DNA of 64,000 nt from Aggregatilineales bacterium. GTDB lineage: Bacteria; Chloroflexota; Anaerolineae; Aggregatilineales; UBA2796. Within the stretch, counting starts at the first letter, position 1. The number at the start of each line of letters is the position of its first letter. This document shows, one piece after another, positions 9,477 to 19,111 of the stretch. Below the pieces are notes generated by a model, which searched no databases, was not told the DNA's origin, and saw only the letters and a program-made list of their open reading frames with translations. The DNA lies in the NCBI GenBank assembly GCA_046719055.1, contig JBDNDQ010000009.1, positions 2,542 to 66,541 of the forward strand. The letters run 5' to 3'. Position numbers and translations under genes: made by a program.

Positions 9477-11222
9477 TCATACTCCATCCTGAAAGATTGT
9501 CCGTGTATCGAGCTGCTTGCCGCGCAGCCATAAAGCAGGTAGAAGTGCCAGCAAACCGATCAGTGCACCGAGCAAGAGCATTTCAGCGATGACAGCCACA
9601 CCCGACTCGAAGTACACACGCACCGACTCGCGCTGAATCTGCTCAGCTGACCAATCCAGCCCAAACGACTCGCGCGCAAGGCTGACCATGTAATTCAGGC
9701 GGCTGAAAGCGTACGTCGTCATGCTGGGGATGGCAATGGTCATGCCTAAGTAGCGCATGATCAGCACCAACGCAGAGGCTACGCCGCGCCGTGTAGCATC
9801 CACAGCGTTGATCACGACCGTGCCGATCGGCGCGATGGTCAAGCCCAAGCCGATTCCAATCAAAGCCAGATGCAAGCTCATCAACAGCTCAGGCGTATCA
9901 GCGCGCCATGTGCTACCAGTCAGCAAGAAGCCGACGATCGCCAGTGAAATGCCGCCTAGCACAGTATTGCGGAAACCAATCTTGCCAGAGAGCCACGCAC
10001 CCGGCACGGCTGCCAGCGCCATCGGGATCGTCAACGTAGAGAGCAACACGCCAGCCCGCTCTGCAGCGCGCGCGATCGCCTCTGCGCTGGCGTTTTCGGC
10101 GCGCAAATTGATCAAAAGCGGCACACTGACCAACCCGAGCATCAGCAAGAAGCCGATCAGCAGGTTGGCCAGCGTTGCAGCGCTGACAGCACGCTGACGG
10201 AACAGGTGCAGCTCCAAAATCGGATGCTTCTGCCGCCACTCCCACAGCAAAAAGGTGATGAACAGCGCCCCCGCAAGCGCTAAGAGCGTCAAATTATACG
10301 GCGACTCGTTCGCTTGCGCCTGCAGCGCCTGCAGACTAGTGGCGCCTGTCACATCGGTGTTGCCGCCTAGACCTAACACAAGGCACGTCAGCGAGGCAGC
10401 GATCAGGGCAGCGCCGATCAGGTCGAAGCGCCCCTTGCTGATCGGATGCTGCACGCCGCGCAGCGCAAACACCATCAGCACAAAGGCAAAGACGCCCATC
10501 GGCACATTCAGCCAGAACAGCGTGCGCCAATCTGGGGCGGGCAGCGTCAAGCCCAGCCCTGCCAGCCACTGCCGAACTGCCTCGCCGTTCTGCTGAAAAA
10601 AGCCGACCATCACGCCGCCGTACAGGTGACCAAGCACCCAGCCAAGCGTATCCATCGCGCCCACGAAGCCTACAGCAGCAGCACGCCGCTCAGGCGGATA
10701 CAGGTCTGCCACAAGCGCGAGACTGACGGGCACGACTGCACCCGCGCCTAGTGCCTGAATCACGCGCCCGATGATGACTGCCAGCAGCGTCAGCTGATTT
10801 AAGTCTGGGCGTTGGCCGAGATAGCGCCGTGCGATATCGTTGAGCAACACCGTTGGGAACAGATGCGCTGTAGCCACCCACCAAGAGCCGACGATGAACA
10901 GCGCTAGACACACTAAAAAGGCGCCACGCCTGCCCACCATGTCCGAAAAGCGCCCCATCAGCGCCATGCTGACCGTGTAAGCGAGTAAGTAGCCCGTCAC
11001 GAGCCACGCCGCTGTGCCCAGATTGGTGTCGATCGGGATGTTCAACTTGAGAAGCACCTCTGGCAGGATGGCGGAGATGATGGTGAGGTCTATGGAACCA
11101 ACAAAGACCGGTACAAGCACTAGCGCGATGATCAGCCAGCGGCGGCGCTCACTCAAGTGGGCGTTGATCGGCTTCTCTTCGACTTGCAGCGCACTGGGCG
11201 CCTCTACAAGCACGTTGGTCAT
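9477..11222 (-). CDS. MFS transporter, DHA2-like (about 14 TM segments)
   Basis: 581 aa and hydrophobic throughout. Motifs include SIDLTIISAILPEV near TM1 and MFS motif-A-like GRFSDMVGRR. The start overlaps the upstream lipoprotein stop (ATGA at 11219-11222). Confidence 0.9.
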   Translation of the reverse strand: MTNVLVEAPSALQVEEKPINAHLSERRRWLIIALVLVPVFVGSIDLTIISAILPEVLLKLNIPIDTNLGTAAWLVTGYLLAYTVSMALMGRFSDMVGRRGAFLVCLALFIVGSWWVATAHLFPTVLLNDIARRYLGQRPDLNQLTLLAVIIGRVIQALGAGAVVPVSLALVADLYPPERRAAAVGFVGAMDTLGWVLGHLYGGVMVGFFQQNGEAVRQWLAGLGLTLPAPDWRTLFWLNVPMGVFAFVLMVFALRGVQHPISKGRFDLIGAALIAASLTCLVLGLGGNTDVTGATSLQALQAQANESPYNLTLLALAGALFITFLLWEWRQKHPILELHLFRQRAVSAATLANLLIGFLLMLGLVSVPLLINLRAENASAEAIARAAERAGVLLSTLTIPMALAAVPGAWLSGKIGFRNTVLGGISLAIVGFLLTGSTWRADTPELLMSLHLALIGIGLGLTIAPIGTVVINAVDATRRGVASALVLIMRYLGMTIAIPSMTTYAFSRLNYMVSLARESFGLDWSAEQIQRESVRVYFESGVAVIAEMLLLGALIGLLALLPALWLRGKQLDTRTIFQDGV

Positions 11223-12037
11223 GGCGCTTGTGTTACCTCAGGTGTGGCGCGGCTCGGCAGAGTCGGTAGGGCGGGCGCGCCTAGCACGCTGGGCGTTGCT
11301 GTTGGCAACGCCTCGACGCGCGGCACTTCTACACTGATTGAACGATCATCGTAGTCGAAAAGTTCCATGATCCATGTGGTCGGCTCTGGATGCTGATCGC
11401 TGACTGTCTCAGGCTGCACAAGGACGATGCGCTCAACGCGCCCACTGACAGTGTTGATGTAGATATCGGCGTCCGCAGAGCCCGTGCCGCGAATCAGGTT
11501 GACCGTGACCGCGCTGATATCCGCAACGCTGGCTCGGCCGCTGATGTGATGGACTGGCGTGCCGAAAAGGTCGACTACGCCGTGATAGGTCAGGTCAGTT
11601 AGCGCGTTGAGGGCATACTTGATGCCTAGATCGCCGCGAATCAGCCGTTCAGCGTTGAAGCCGGGCGAGAACTGCATGTTCAACCAACGATTCGCCGTCA
11701 ACAGTATGTGTTTCATGTACTGCTCATCGCCAACTGTGACAATGTCAATTTGACCTGCCACACCGGCTACAGCCGCGCTGACTTTAGCGCTGACCTTATC
11801 GGGCGCTACGTACACGCCATCGGCGCTGCTGAACGAGATGATGCCGTCGTCATCAATGAAGGCGGGTGCGCCCGTCAGTTGCAGCTTGAAGCGCAGCGCA
11901 CTGACTGCTTGAATATCGGCGGCGGCTGCGCTGAGCAAAGTGCGCGGATCAGGGGGCGGCGTGGGCGAGGCAGTTGGTGTGCCGCACGCCGCCAACGTAA
12001 AACACATCAGCACTAGAGCAGTTCGTAGGCTGCGCAT
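11219..12037 (-). CDS. LppX/LprAFG-family (LprG-like) lipoprotein
   Basis: Lipobox FTLAAC follows a signal peptide, then a Pro/Thr linker. The body follows the LppX_LprAFG pattern as I recall it: LLSAAAADIQAVSALRFKLQLTG..., DGVYVAPDKVSAKV..., VGDEQYMK....WL, and LTDLTYHGVVDLFGTPVHHISG. It is translationally coupled to an MFS pump. Confidence 0.7.
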   Translation of the reverse strand: MRSLRTALVLMCFTLAACGTPTASPTPPPDPRTLLSAAAADIQAVSALRFKLQLTGAPAFIDDDGIISFSSADGVYVAPDKVSAKVSAAVAGVAGQIDIVTVGDEQYMKHILLTANRWLNMQFSPGFNAERLIRGDLGIKYALNALTDLTYHGVVDLFGTPVHHISGRASVADISAVTVNLIRGTGSADADIYINTVSGRVERIVLVQPETVSDQHPEPTTWIMELFDYDDRSISVEVPRVEALPTATPSVLGAPALPTLPSRATPEVTQAP

Positions 12038-12110
12038 GGGATTCCTCAGCTATTTCGTGATTTTCTTCACCCTTTCGTAGTATAGCACAAGTGCCACCGC
12101 AGACCTGCCC

Positions 12111-12139
12111 TTGACGTAGCGCCTTAAATCGGCTACGAT
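12111..12139 (+). promoter_or_regulatory. sigma70-type promoter for tRNA-Ala
   Basis: TTGACG (12111-12116), a 17-nt spacer, then TACGAT (12134-12139). The -10 element ends 13 nt before the tRNA 5' end. Confidence 0.5.
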
Positions 12140-12152
12140 ATGAACGCTATAA

Positions 12153-12225
<73 letters not shown>

Positions 12226-12232
12226 TAACTAC

Positions 12233-12265
12233 GACCCGCCACAAGAGAGTGGTGGGTCATTTTTT
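12233..12265 (+). terminator. Rho-independent terminator after tRNA-Ala
   Basis: The 9-bp stem GACCCGCCA/TGGTGGGTC (one G-U pair) has an 8-nt loop and is followed by A then TTTTTT (12260-12265). Confidence 0.8.
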
Positions 12266-12307
12266 ATGCTATACTCACGTCAAGTGCCTGTCAGAGAGTT
12301 GCCAGCG

Positions 12308-12502
12308 ATGAAACCGCAGCATATCTTTGCCCATGTGCCGCGCCGCTTGCTAAACTTGACCGCGATCGGCGTCGGTCTGCCATGTATCTTGATCGTGAAT
12401 GCCCTGAACTGGTCGGCAGTGGCAAGTTTCCTGGTCACAGCTGCGCTAATCCTAGTCAGTCTGTTTGTGCTGGCTGTGTTGTACCCAAAGAGAGGCGAGT
12501 GA
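12308..12502 (+). CDS. small membrane protein (64 aa, two predicted TM helices)
   Basis: It starts at ATG 12308, within ORF 12140..12502, whose 5' part overlaps the tRNA and terminator. Hydrophobic segments are LLNLTAIGVGLPCILIVNAL and VASFLVTAALILVSLFVLAVL. The stop is 3 nt before the fmt GTG. I recognised no family. Confidence 0.4.
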   Translation: MKPQHIFAHVPRRLLNLTAIGVGLPCILIVNALNWSAVASFLVTAALILVSLFVLAVLYPKRGE

Positions 12503-12505
12503 AGC

Positions 12506-13453
12506 GTGCCACACCGCGTCATTTTCATGGGGACGCCTGAGTTCGCTGTGCCGTCGTTACGCGCCCTGCTAGAGGCGCCTGACTTTGAGGTGGTATGCGT
12601 CGTTACACAGCCAGATCGCCCTGCTGGGCGCGGTCAGCGGCTGCAGGTGCCGCCTGTCAAACAGCTTGCCCTTGCTCATGGCCTTCCGATTCTGCAGCCG
12701 CACAAACTGCGCGAGGCTGGGGTCTTTGAGCAGCTGCAGGCGTACACACCTGATCTGATTGTGGTGGCTGCCTTCGGGCAAATTTTGCGTCAAAACGTGC
12801 TCGACTTGCCACGCTGTGGCTGCATCAACGTCCATGCTTCACTATTGCCGCGTTGGCGCGGTGCTGCCCCGATTCAAGCGGCAATTCGCGCCGGCGACAG
12901 CGAGACGGGTATCACCATCATGCAAATGGATGCTGGCTTAGACACCGGCCCTATGCTGCGCCAGCGTGCTATTTCCATCGCCCCTAACGAGACAGGTCAG
13001 ACGCTGCACGACAAACTAGCGGCGTTGGGCGCTAACTTGCTCATCGAGACGCTGCGCGACTATCTGGATGGCAAAATTACCCCGCAGCCGCAGGACGACT
13101 CCGCGCATACCTACGCGCCGATGCTCAAGAAAGAGGATGGGCGCATCAATTGGGCGGACTCAGCGGCTCAGATTGCGCGGCAAGTGCGCGCCTACTACCC
13201 ATATCCTGCTACTTACACCGAGTGGGACGGGCAACTCTTGAAAATTCTGCCCACTGATGCACCTGACTCGGTTACAGTGCGGGCAGGCAGCGCCGCCATC
13301 GGTAAGGTGATCGCCTACGACGACGGAATCGCTGTAGGCACAGGCGATGGGCTATACTTACCTCAGCAAGTCCAGCTGGCTGGTAAAGCGCCACAGCCGA
13401 CCCGCGATTTTCTTAACGGCCATAGACCCATCATCGGCGCGCAGCTCAGCTGA
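12506..13453 (+). CDS. fmt: methionyl-tRNA formyltransferase
   Basis: VIFMGTPEFAVPSL, PDRPAGRG, and the catalytic NVHASLLPRWRGAAPIQ are present, along with a C-terminal Fmt domain. 315 aa. Confidence 0.95.
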   Translation: MPHRVIFMGTPEFAVPSLRALLEAPDFEVVCVVTQPDRPAGRGQRLQVPPVKQLALAHGLPILQPHKLREAGVFEQLQAYTPDLIVVAAFGQILRQNVLDLPRCGCINVHASLLPRWRGAAPIQAAIRAGDSETGITIMQMDAGLDTGPMLRQRAISIAPNETGQTLHDKLAALGANLLIETLRDYLDGKITPQPQDDSAHTYAPMLKKEDGRINWADSAAQIARQVRAYYPYPATYTEWDGQLLKILPTDAPDSVTVRAGSAAIGKVIAYDDGIAVGTGDGLYLPQQVQLAGKAPQPTRDFLNGHRPIIGAQLS

Positions 13454-13481
13454 TCGCAATATGCCGAGAGGTGACGTGCTT

Positions 13482-14633
13482 ATGCGCTTCCTGCGTCTCC
13501 TGAGTCTGCTGTTCCTGCTCTGCGCTGCAGTAAGCGGCATCCCAAGCCGCGCTCAAACGGTACTCGTCGTGTGGCACACCTGGCAGCCACCCCAAGCTGC
13601 CTTGCTTAAAATGTGGCTAGCTGACTATCCGCCGATCCGCGAAGGCAGCTTGAGTGTACAAACGCGCTATATGCCGCTCGGTCAGCTAGCCGCCCAGCTT
13701 GAGAATCCGCCGGAGCGCCCGCCTGACATGGTTTTGAGCACTTCTGATGCCTTGGCGCAGCCAGCCGTGCGCCGTTTCGCTGCCAGCCTAGATCGCAACC
13801 TGAGCCCTGAGTTTCGCCAGAGCCTGACGCCTCTGGCGTGGCAGCTGGCACAACTTGACGGTCAGACGCGTGCCTTGCCGCTCGTGCTGGAGAGCTACGC
13901 GCTTTACATCAATCGCGCTGTGGTGAAGGCTGAGTCGGTGAGCACGCTGCGGGAACTGGCTGCACAAGCAGCCGAACACGGCTTGATCTTGCCGCGCGAT
14001 TTCTACCCAACCGCCGGCATGTTCTTTGCCTTGAACGGCGCGCTGATCGATGAGAATGGCAACAGCACCCTCAGCGTAAATCCGTTGGGCAACTATCTGA
14101 TCGCACTGCGGACGCTGGCACAGAGCGACGGGGTCTTGCTGGGCGCCCCAGAGGATCGTTTTCGGGCGGGCGAGATTGGCTATTTGCTGGCAGGCACATG
14201 GCGCTTACCCGTCTTGCGGGCTGCGCTGGGCGAGAATCTGGGCGTCCTTGCCCTGCCAAGCGTAGAGGGGCGCGCCTGGCAACCTGTGGCGCGCGCCTGG
14301 CAGCTCTACATTGGCTTGGGCAGCCCATTTCGCCAGCAGAGCCTAGACCTAGCGCGCTACTTGCTCTCAGAAGAGTCGCAGCGGGGCGCCCTTGAGTATG
14401 GTTTCGTGCCAGCGCTGCCTGTTAACGCGCCTGAGGCGCTCCTATCGCCGCTGGCAGAGGCGCTTTACAGGGCAGGGGTAGCTTTGCCCAATCGCCCGGA
14501 GATGGCAGCGCTGTGGCTGCCGCTGCGCAGAGCCATCAACGCCGTGCTCGATGAAAACGCTGATCCGCTCAGCGCTGCTTCGCAAGCCGTCTCAAGCGCT
14601 GCAGAGGGCGTTGCTGCGCTGCGTGCGCAGTAG
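13482..14633 (+). CDS. extracellular solute-binding protein (family 1, sugar-type), orphan
   Basis: Signal peptide MRFLRLLSLLFLLCAAVSGIPSRAQ, then VLVVWHTW...ALLKMWLADY, which is typical of SBP_bac_1. GAGAGG lies upstream of ATG 13482. No permease or ATPase gene is adjacent. Confidence 0.75.
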   Translation: MRFLRLLSLLFLLCAAVSGIPSRAQTVLVVWHTWQPPQAALLKMWLADYPPIREGSLSVQTRYMPLGQLAAQLENPPERPPDMVLSTSDALAQPAVRRFAASLDRNLSPEFRQSLTPLAWQLAQLDGQTRALPLVLESYALYINRAVVKAESVSTLRELAAQAAEHGLILPRDFYPTAGMFFALNGALIDENGNSTLSVNPLGNYLIALRTLAQSDGVLLGAPEDRFRAGEIGYLLAGTWRLPVLRAALGENLGVLALPSVEGRAWQPVARAWQLYIGLGSPFRQQSLDLARYLLSEESQRGALEYGFVPALPVNAPEALLSPLAEALYRAGVALPNRPEMAALWLPLRRAINAVLDENADPLSAASQAVSSAAEGVAALRAQ

Positions 14634-14641
14634 GCGTGCTT

Positions 14642-17600
14642 TCAGGTGTAGCCTTGCTGCTTTCGGTAATCCTCAAGTGCACCCTCCAGATCGAAGGTGA
14701 AGTTCAGGTCAAAGCCAGCTGAGCCGAGACGAGGCGCTGTTGGCGCGCGAGGCAGTTCGGGGCGGCTGACCCACATAGCAGGCGGGAAGTTTGCCCAACG
14801 CGCTGCGATCTCATGTGCCAGACGACGCGGATGGGCGGCGTGCGCGAATTGAATCAGGCGTAGCGCGCCACGCCGCAACCAGTAGCCACGCCCAAGCGGC
14901 AGGGCTGTACGTCGCACTGCTGCCGTCAGCCGCCCGCCCAACACTTCGACACCTTCCACTTCGCCAAGCACCATACCAGATCGGCAAGCGCGCAGCGCCT
15001 TCAAAAAGGCATCGCCGCTACGCTGCATGGCGAGTGTCTGGCCGCTGGCGATGGCGTGCAAGCCCAAACGGGCATCGTGACGCAGCCAAGCCGAGAGCGC
15101 ATCCAGCTGCTCGAATTGCTCGGTTGCTAGCGCCTCTTGCAGCTGGTCGTAGTCATCAATGGCGAGGATGATCGGCATGAACGGCTGAGCATCAGCCGAG
15201 TTAGGCTCGTCCTCAGCTGCGCTGAGCTGCATGAGGGCGTTATGCCGCCATATTAGCTCGGCTTGCAGCCGCTTTAAGGCTTGCGAAAGACTGGCTGGGT
15301 CGGTGGCGTAACTGAGTATGTGCGGCAAATGGCGCAGTGGGCGCAGTGCCTCGCGACTCAGATCGATCAGCACGAAAGCGGCCTCGCATGGTGCATAGCG
15401 CGCTGCTACGCCCAGCAGCAGCGTCCGCAGCAGGCTTGACCTACCGCTGCCGTAGCCGCCTAAGATCAGCCAATGTGGCGCATCGCGCCAGTGCAACAGA
15501 AAAGGCCGTAACAAATTGCCCTCAACGCCTAACCAACTGCGCAGCGGCTCAAGACGAGGCGCTTGAGGCTGGCTGCAGCGTGGAGGCAAGTGCTCAAGGG
15601 CGGTGTGCAAGTCTAGCGGCACGCTTTCGGGCATGCTGCGGATTGGCTCGGGTGTTGGGCGCTCAGCCCAAGCAGCGCGCATTGCCTGTATGGTCATTAC
15701 TAGAGCACGATCGCGCTCGTCATCGTCAGCGGCCAGGTTTGGCAGGGCAATCTGAGCGTGAAGCGGCGGTCTGCCTGCCAAAACACCGCTGCCAGGGCGC
15801 GGATCGCTCTCGCGTTCTGGCAAGCGCCCAAGCAGTGCCAAGTAATCTCCGCGCTCCGGCAGGCGCAGCGCAAAACGGCTCTCAATCAAGTTCAAGACGC
15901 TGTAGGGCAAATTGACCGCAGGCGCCGTCAGAGCAAAATGAATGCCGACGGTGCGCCCATCGCGCAATAGGCGCAACCAGTCGGCGGCCTCATCCGAATC
16001 GCTCTCGAGCGTCCGCCACAGCTCGGCAAAGTTATCCACTAAGATGAAGAGCGCTGGCAAAAACGGCTGATCGGCGCTGCGACGGCGATTGTAGGTCTCT
16101 AGATCGGCAGCATGCAGACTGGCGAGGGCATAGCGGCGCTGCTCAAGAGCATCTAGTAAGTAGCGCAGCAGGCGCGAGAGCCGTTCGCGTTCGTTGCTGC
16201 CGATCACCGCGCCAACGTGGGGCAGACCCATTAAAGTATCTAGCGCTCTGCCGCCAAAGCTGACGATGTAGAGCGCAACCTCGCTTGGGGTGAACAAATG
16301 CGCCAGCGAGAGCGCTAAGGTATGTAGTAACGTCGTTTTGCCACTAGCAGGTCCGCCAATTGCCAGAAAATGTCCGTCCCGAGCGAAGTTGACGTGCAAG
16401 GGGGGCTGAGCGCGCCGCCCCAAATCGTCCAGCAGGCCGATAGGCGCACAAGCCCATGCCCGATCTGTGCCTGCAGGGCGCCACAGGCTGCCATCCCAAC
16501 CGCCATAATCGCCCTTGTGCAGCACATCAGCCAGACTTAGCTGCGGCGGCAGCGACTCCAACAACACAGGCTCAGGCGGTCGATCAGTGTAACGCGTTGC
16601 GAGGTAATCGGCCAATGCCTCTGCCAACGTGGGCACGACGGCGGGCGGCTCAGGATCAGCCTCAACGGGTAGCAAGTTGGTGGCTTGCTCCAGGCGCAGC
16701 ACTTGCAAGGTGGGCGCCCCTTCAGCCTCTGGTTGCGACTCGGCATAGTCGATGCCGACACGCGCCGCCTGGAATTGCTGCAGGGCGCTGCCGACCTGAA
16801 AATAGGCACGGCCTGGCACATCGGGAGGCAGGAAAGCCGCATCTGGGCGGCGCAAAATCTCCTGCGACTCGTCAGGCGCCTGCACACGCAAGCAGATGCG
16901 GAAGTTTAAGTTTGCTTTCATCTCTGCCGTCACATGGCCGCTCGGGCGCTGTGTGGCAAGCACAAGATGCATACCCAAGCTGCGCCCGACGCGCACAGTT
17001 GCCACCAGCTCATCCAAGAACTTTGGCAGGCTGCTGGTCAGCTCGGCGAACTCATCCACTACAATCACCAAATGCGGTAAGGGCTGCCAATCGGGTGGGA
17101 ACATCCCCCCATAGCGCCGCAGGCGCCGATGGTACTCTGTGATGTTCTCGACGTTCTGATCGGCAAGGAACTGCTGGCGCCGACGGTTTTCCGCCTGGAT
17201 AGCGGCAAGCGCACGCAGCGCCTCGCGCTCATTCAGATTGGTAATGATGCCAACCGTATGCGGTAGGCGCCGAAAAACGTTGAAAGTGGCGCCGCCCTTG
17301 TAGTCAATCAACAAGAAGTTGAGCAGGTAGGGATGATGCTCAATGGCGAGTGCAGCCACGAGCGTTTGCAAGAGTTCACTCTTGCCAGAGCCGGTTGTGC
17401 CGCCAATTATGCCGTGCGGACCGTGTGCCCGCTCGGATAAGTCCAGCATCTGTTGCGCAGAGAAGCTGGCATTCCCAATTGGCACGGGCAGCGGCAAGAC
17501 TCCATCGGCTGGTACGGGACGGGCCCAGTTTGCCTCGATGCCCAAATGCTGGATGCGTTCTACGCCGTAAAGTTGCAGGATGCTCAGCTGCGTTGGCAGC

Positions 17601-18796
17601 CGACTCACCTGGCCAAGCTGGGGCAGCCGGTAACTTGCCATTTGCCGCGCGAGGAACTCGACTTCAGTGCGCTTCAACGACTCCGCAGTTCCCTCCAGCG
17701 CATCATCGGGTAGCAATAGGCGAAATTTGCTCCCGCTGAGCGTCAGAACGCCGCTAAAAGCGCTTGGCACATCCTCGGGGCGGCTGCACAAGTACAGCGC
17801 ACATAAGTTGGGATTATCCAGCACCCGTTGGTAGCTGATCTCATCCCGGATGCTGCTCACATCCTCAAACACAGCAACGCGCAACGGAGTCTCGGCCCCT
17901 GTATCAAGCTGACGGGCTAACTGCGCAATCAATTGACGGGCTTGCTCGGGCTCAAAGGCGATCTGATCAGGAAAGCCGCCGCGTTGTGTGCTGCTAGTGT
18001 GCGGTAGCCAGCGCATCCAACGCCAGGCTGGATGGTTCAGCTTGCTGGAGAAAAGATACAGCGATAGCTCTGAGGGTGCGTGTAAGGCAGCCAGCTGAGC
18101 GATCAGGGCGTAAGCAAAGTTTGTGCGCAGCTCAAGCGTGCCGACGATGCCTAGCGCGCGCACTGCCCGCAACCTGATCGCAATCGGTGCGTTGGGCAAG
18201 GTGCAGTATTCAAAGCAGATGGCTTGCGCACGGCGCGCCTCTTCGCCCAGAAGATCGGGATCAGGTGCACGGATGCTGACCGCTGAACGCACCTTTCCCG
18301 TACCAAGCCGCAACAACGTGAAATCGGCATCAGTTGGGCGGCGGCACCACAGCTGGTGACTTGGTTGCGCTACGCACTTGAGCAGCTGTGTGGCGGGCGG
18401 CGTCAGGCGTTCTGCTTGCAGCTGTTGTAGGTCACGCGCCGCTTGCAAACGCGCCAGACGGCGATCTAGTAGGCGATGGTAGTCGCGACGGCTGCGCCAA
18501 CGTGCCAGATGCGCCTGGCGGCGGCTGGCTGCATAGCTGATCAACGCTGTGAAGACGCCTAAAATACCTAGCGCCAACGTTGGCAAGGCCAGCCACGCAG
18601 CACTCGCGCCGCCCAGCAGCAGATAAAAGCTGCCCAGCAGTGCAACACCCGCTGAAGGCAAGAGTGCCACCAGCGCGTTGAGAGGCGCGGTGGGCTGTTC
18701 GGCGGGTGGTGCAGGTAGATCGAGCGTACCTTGTAACGGCGGCGGCCGATGGCGCGGTGGACGGCTGATCAGCTCAGCCGTGGCTTGCTCAGACAT
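14642..18796 (-). CDS. eccC: FtsK/SpoIIIE-family type VII secretion ATPase, EccC/EssC-like (1384 aa, three P-loop domains)
   Basis: Two N-terminal TM helices are followed by three ATPase modules. D1: GGTTGSGKSELL + VVDEFAEL. D2: GGPASGKTTLL + ILVDNFAEL. D3: GGYGSGRSSLL (Walker A Lys replaced by Arg) + LAIDDYDQL. The ATG is 11 nt after the stop of a WXG100-like gene. Confidence 0.9.
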   Translation of the reverse strand: MSEQATAELISRPPRHRPPPLQGTLDLPAPPAEQPTAPLNALVALLPSAGVALLGSFYLLLGGASAAWLALPTLALGILGVFTALISYAASRRQAHLARWRSRRDYHRLLDRRLARLQAARDLQQLQAERLTPPATQLLKCVAQPSHQLWCRRPTDADFTLLRLGTGKVRSAVSIRAPDPDLLGEEARRAQAICFEYCTLPNAPIAIRLRAVRALGIVGTLELRTNFAYALIAQLAALHAPSELSLYLFSSKLNHPAWRWMRWLPHTSSTQRGGFPDQIAFEPEQARQLIAQLARQLDTGAETPLRVAVFEDVSSIRDEISYQRVLDNPNLCALYLCSRPEDVPSAFSGVLTLSGSKFRLLLPDDALEGTAESLKRTEVEFLARQMASYRLPQLGQVSRLPTQLSILQLYGVERIQHLGIEANWARPVPADGVLPLPVPIGNASFSAQQMLDLSERAHGPHGIIGGTTGSGKSELLQTLVAALAIEHHPYLLNFLLIDYKGGATFNVFRRLPHTVGIITNLNEREALRALAAIQAENRRRQQFLADQNVENITEYHRRLRRYGGMFPPDWQPLPHLVIVVDEFAELTSSLPKFLDELVATVRVGRSLGMHLVLATQRPSGHVTAEMKANLNFRICLRVQAPDESQEILRRPDAAFLPPDVPGRAYFQVGSALQQFQAARVGIDYAESQPEAEGAPTLQVLRLEQATNLLPVEADPEPPAVVPTLAEALADYLATRYTDRPPEPVLLESLPPQLSLADVLHKGDYGGWDGSLWRPAGTDRAWACAPIGLLDDLGRRAQPPLHVNFARDGHFLAIGGPASGKTTLLHTLALSLAHLFTPSEVALYIVSFGGRALDTLMGLPHVGAVIGSNERERLSRLLRYLLDALEQRRYALASLHAADLETYNRRRSADQPFLPALFILVDNFAELWRTLESDSDEAADWLRLLRDGRTVGIHFALTAPAVNLPYSVLNLIESRFALRLPERGDYLALLGRLPERESDPRPGSGVLAGRPPLHAQIALPNLAADDDERDRALVMTIQAMRAAWAERPTPEPIRSMPESVPLDLHTALEHLPPRCSQPQAPRLEPLRSWLGVEGNLLRPFLLHWRDAPHWLILGGYGSGRSSLLRTLLLGVAARYAPCEAAFVLIDLSREALRPLRHLPHILSYATDPASLSQALKRLQAELIWRHNALMQLSAAEDEPNSADAQPFMPIILAIDDYDQLQEALATEQFEQLDALSAWLRHDARLGLHAIASGQTLAMQRSGDAFLKALRACRSGMVLGEVEGVEVLGGRLTAAVRRTALPLGRGYWLRRGALRLIQFAHAAHPRRLAHEIAARWANFPPAMWVSRPELPRAPTAPRLGSAGFDLNFTFDLEGALEDYRKQQGYT

Positions 18797-18807
18797 AACG
18801 CAAGGCG

Positions 18808-19077
18808 CTAGCCCTGATCAGCGGCGCGCAGGGCACGTGCGCCTTGGCGCAGCTCTTCAGCCAGGCCGTGAATCTGCCCTACCAGGCTCTGCATTTCTTC
18901 AAAGGCGGCGTCGTACTGGCGGAAAAAGCCCTCTGCCCGCTGACCGATGAATGTGCGGCGCAAGCTGACTAGCAGGTCGTTAGCTGCTGCTAGCTCGCGC
19001 TGGATGGTATTGGCATTCGCCTCGATCAGGCTGGCGCTCGACTCTAGAGCAGCTGGATTGGCTTTGATCTCAGACAT
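18808..19077 (-). CDS. WXG100-family (ESAT-6-like) small protein with an F-x-G variant motif (89 aa)
   Basis: Starting at ATG 19077 (AAGGA upstream) gives 89 aa. Two helix-prone halves are joined by F43-I44-G45, the same position as W43-x-G45 of EsxA. TFIGQRAEGFFRQYDAAFEEM resembles S. aureus EsxA NWEGQAFSRFEEQFQQL, recalled from memory. It lies immediately upstream of the EccC-like gene. Confidence 0.7.
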   Translation of the reverse strand: MSEIKANPAALESSASLIEANANTIQRELAAANDLLVSLRRTFIGQRAEGFFRQYDAAFEEMQSLVGQIHGLAEELRQGARALRAADQG

Positions 19078-19111
19078 GGCTGTGCGCATCCTTTGTTGGT
19101 CTTCAAGCGCG

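Noticed and set aside
15337-17739. Several + strand ORFs of 70-228 aa inside the EccC-like gene.
   Set aside because: They are antisense to a 1384-aa gene with clear Walker motifs. Their Arg/Ala/Pro-rich junk composition argues against coding.
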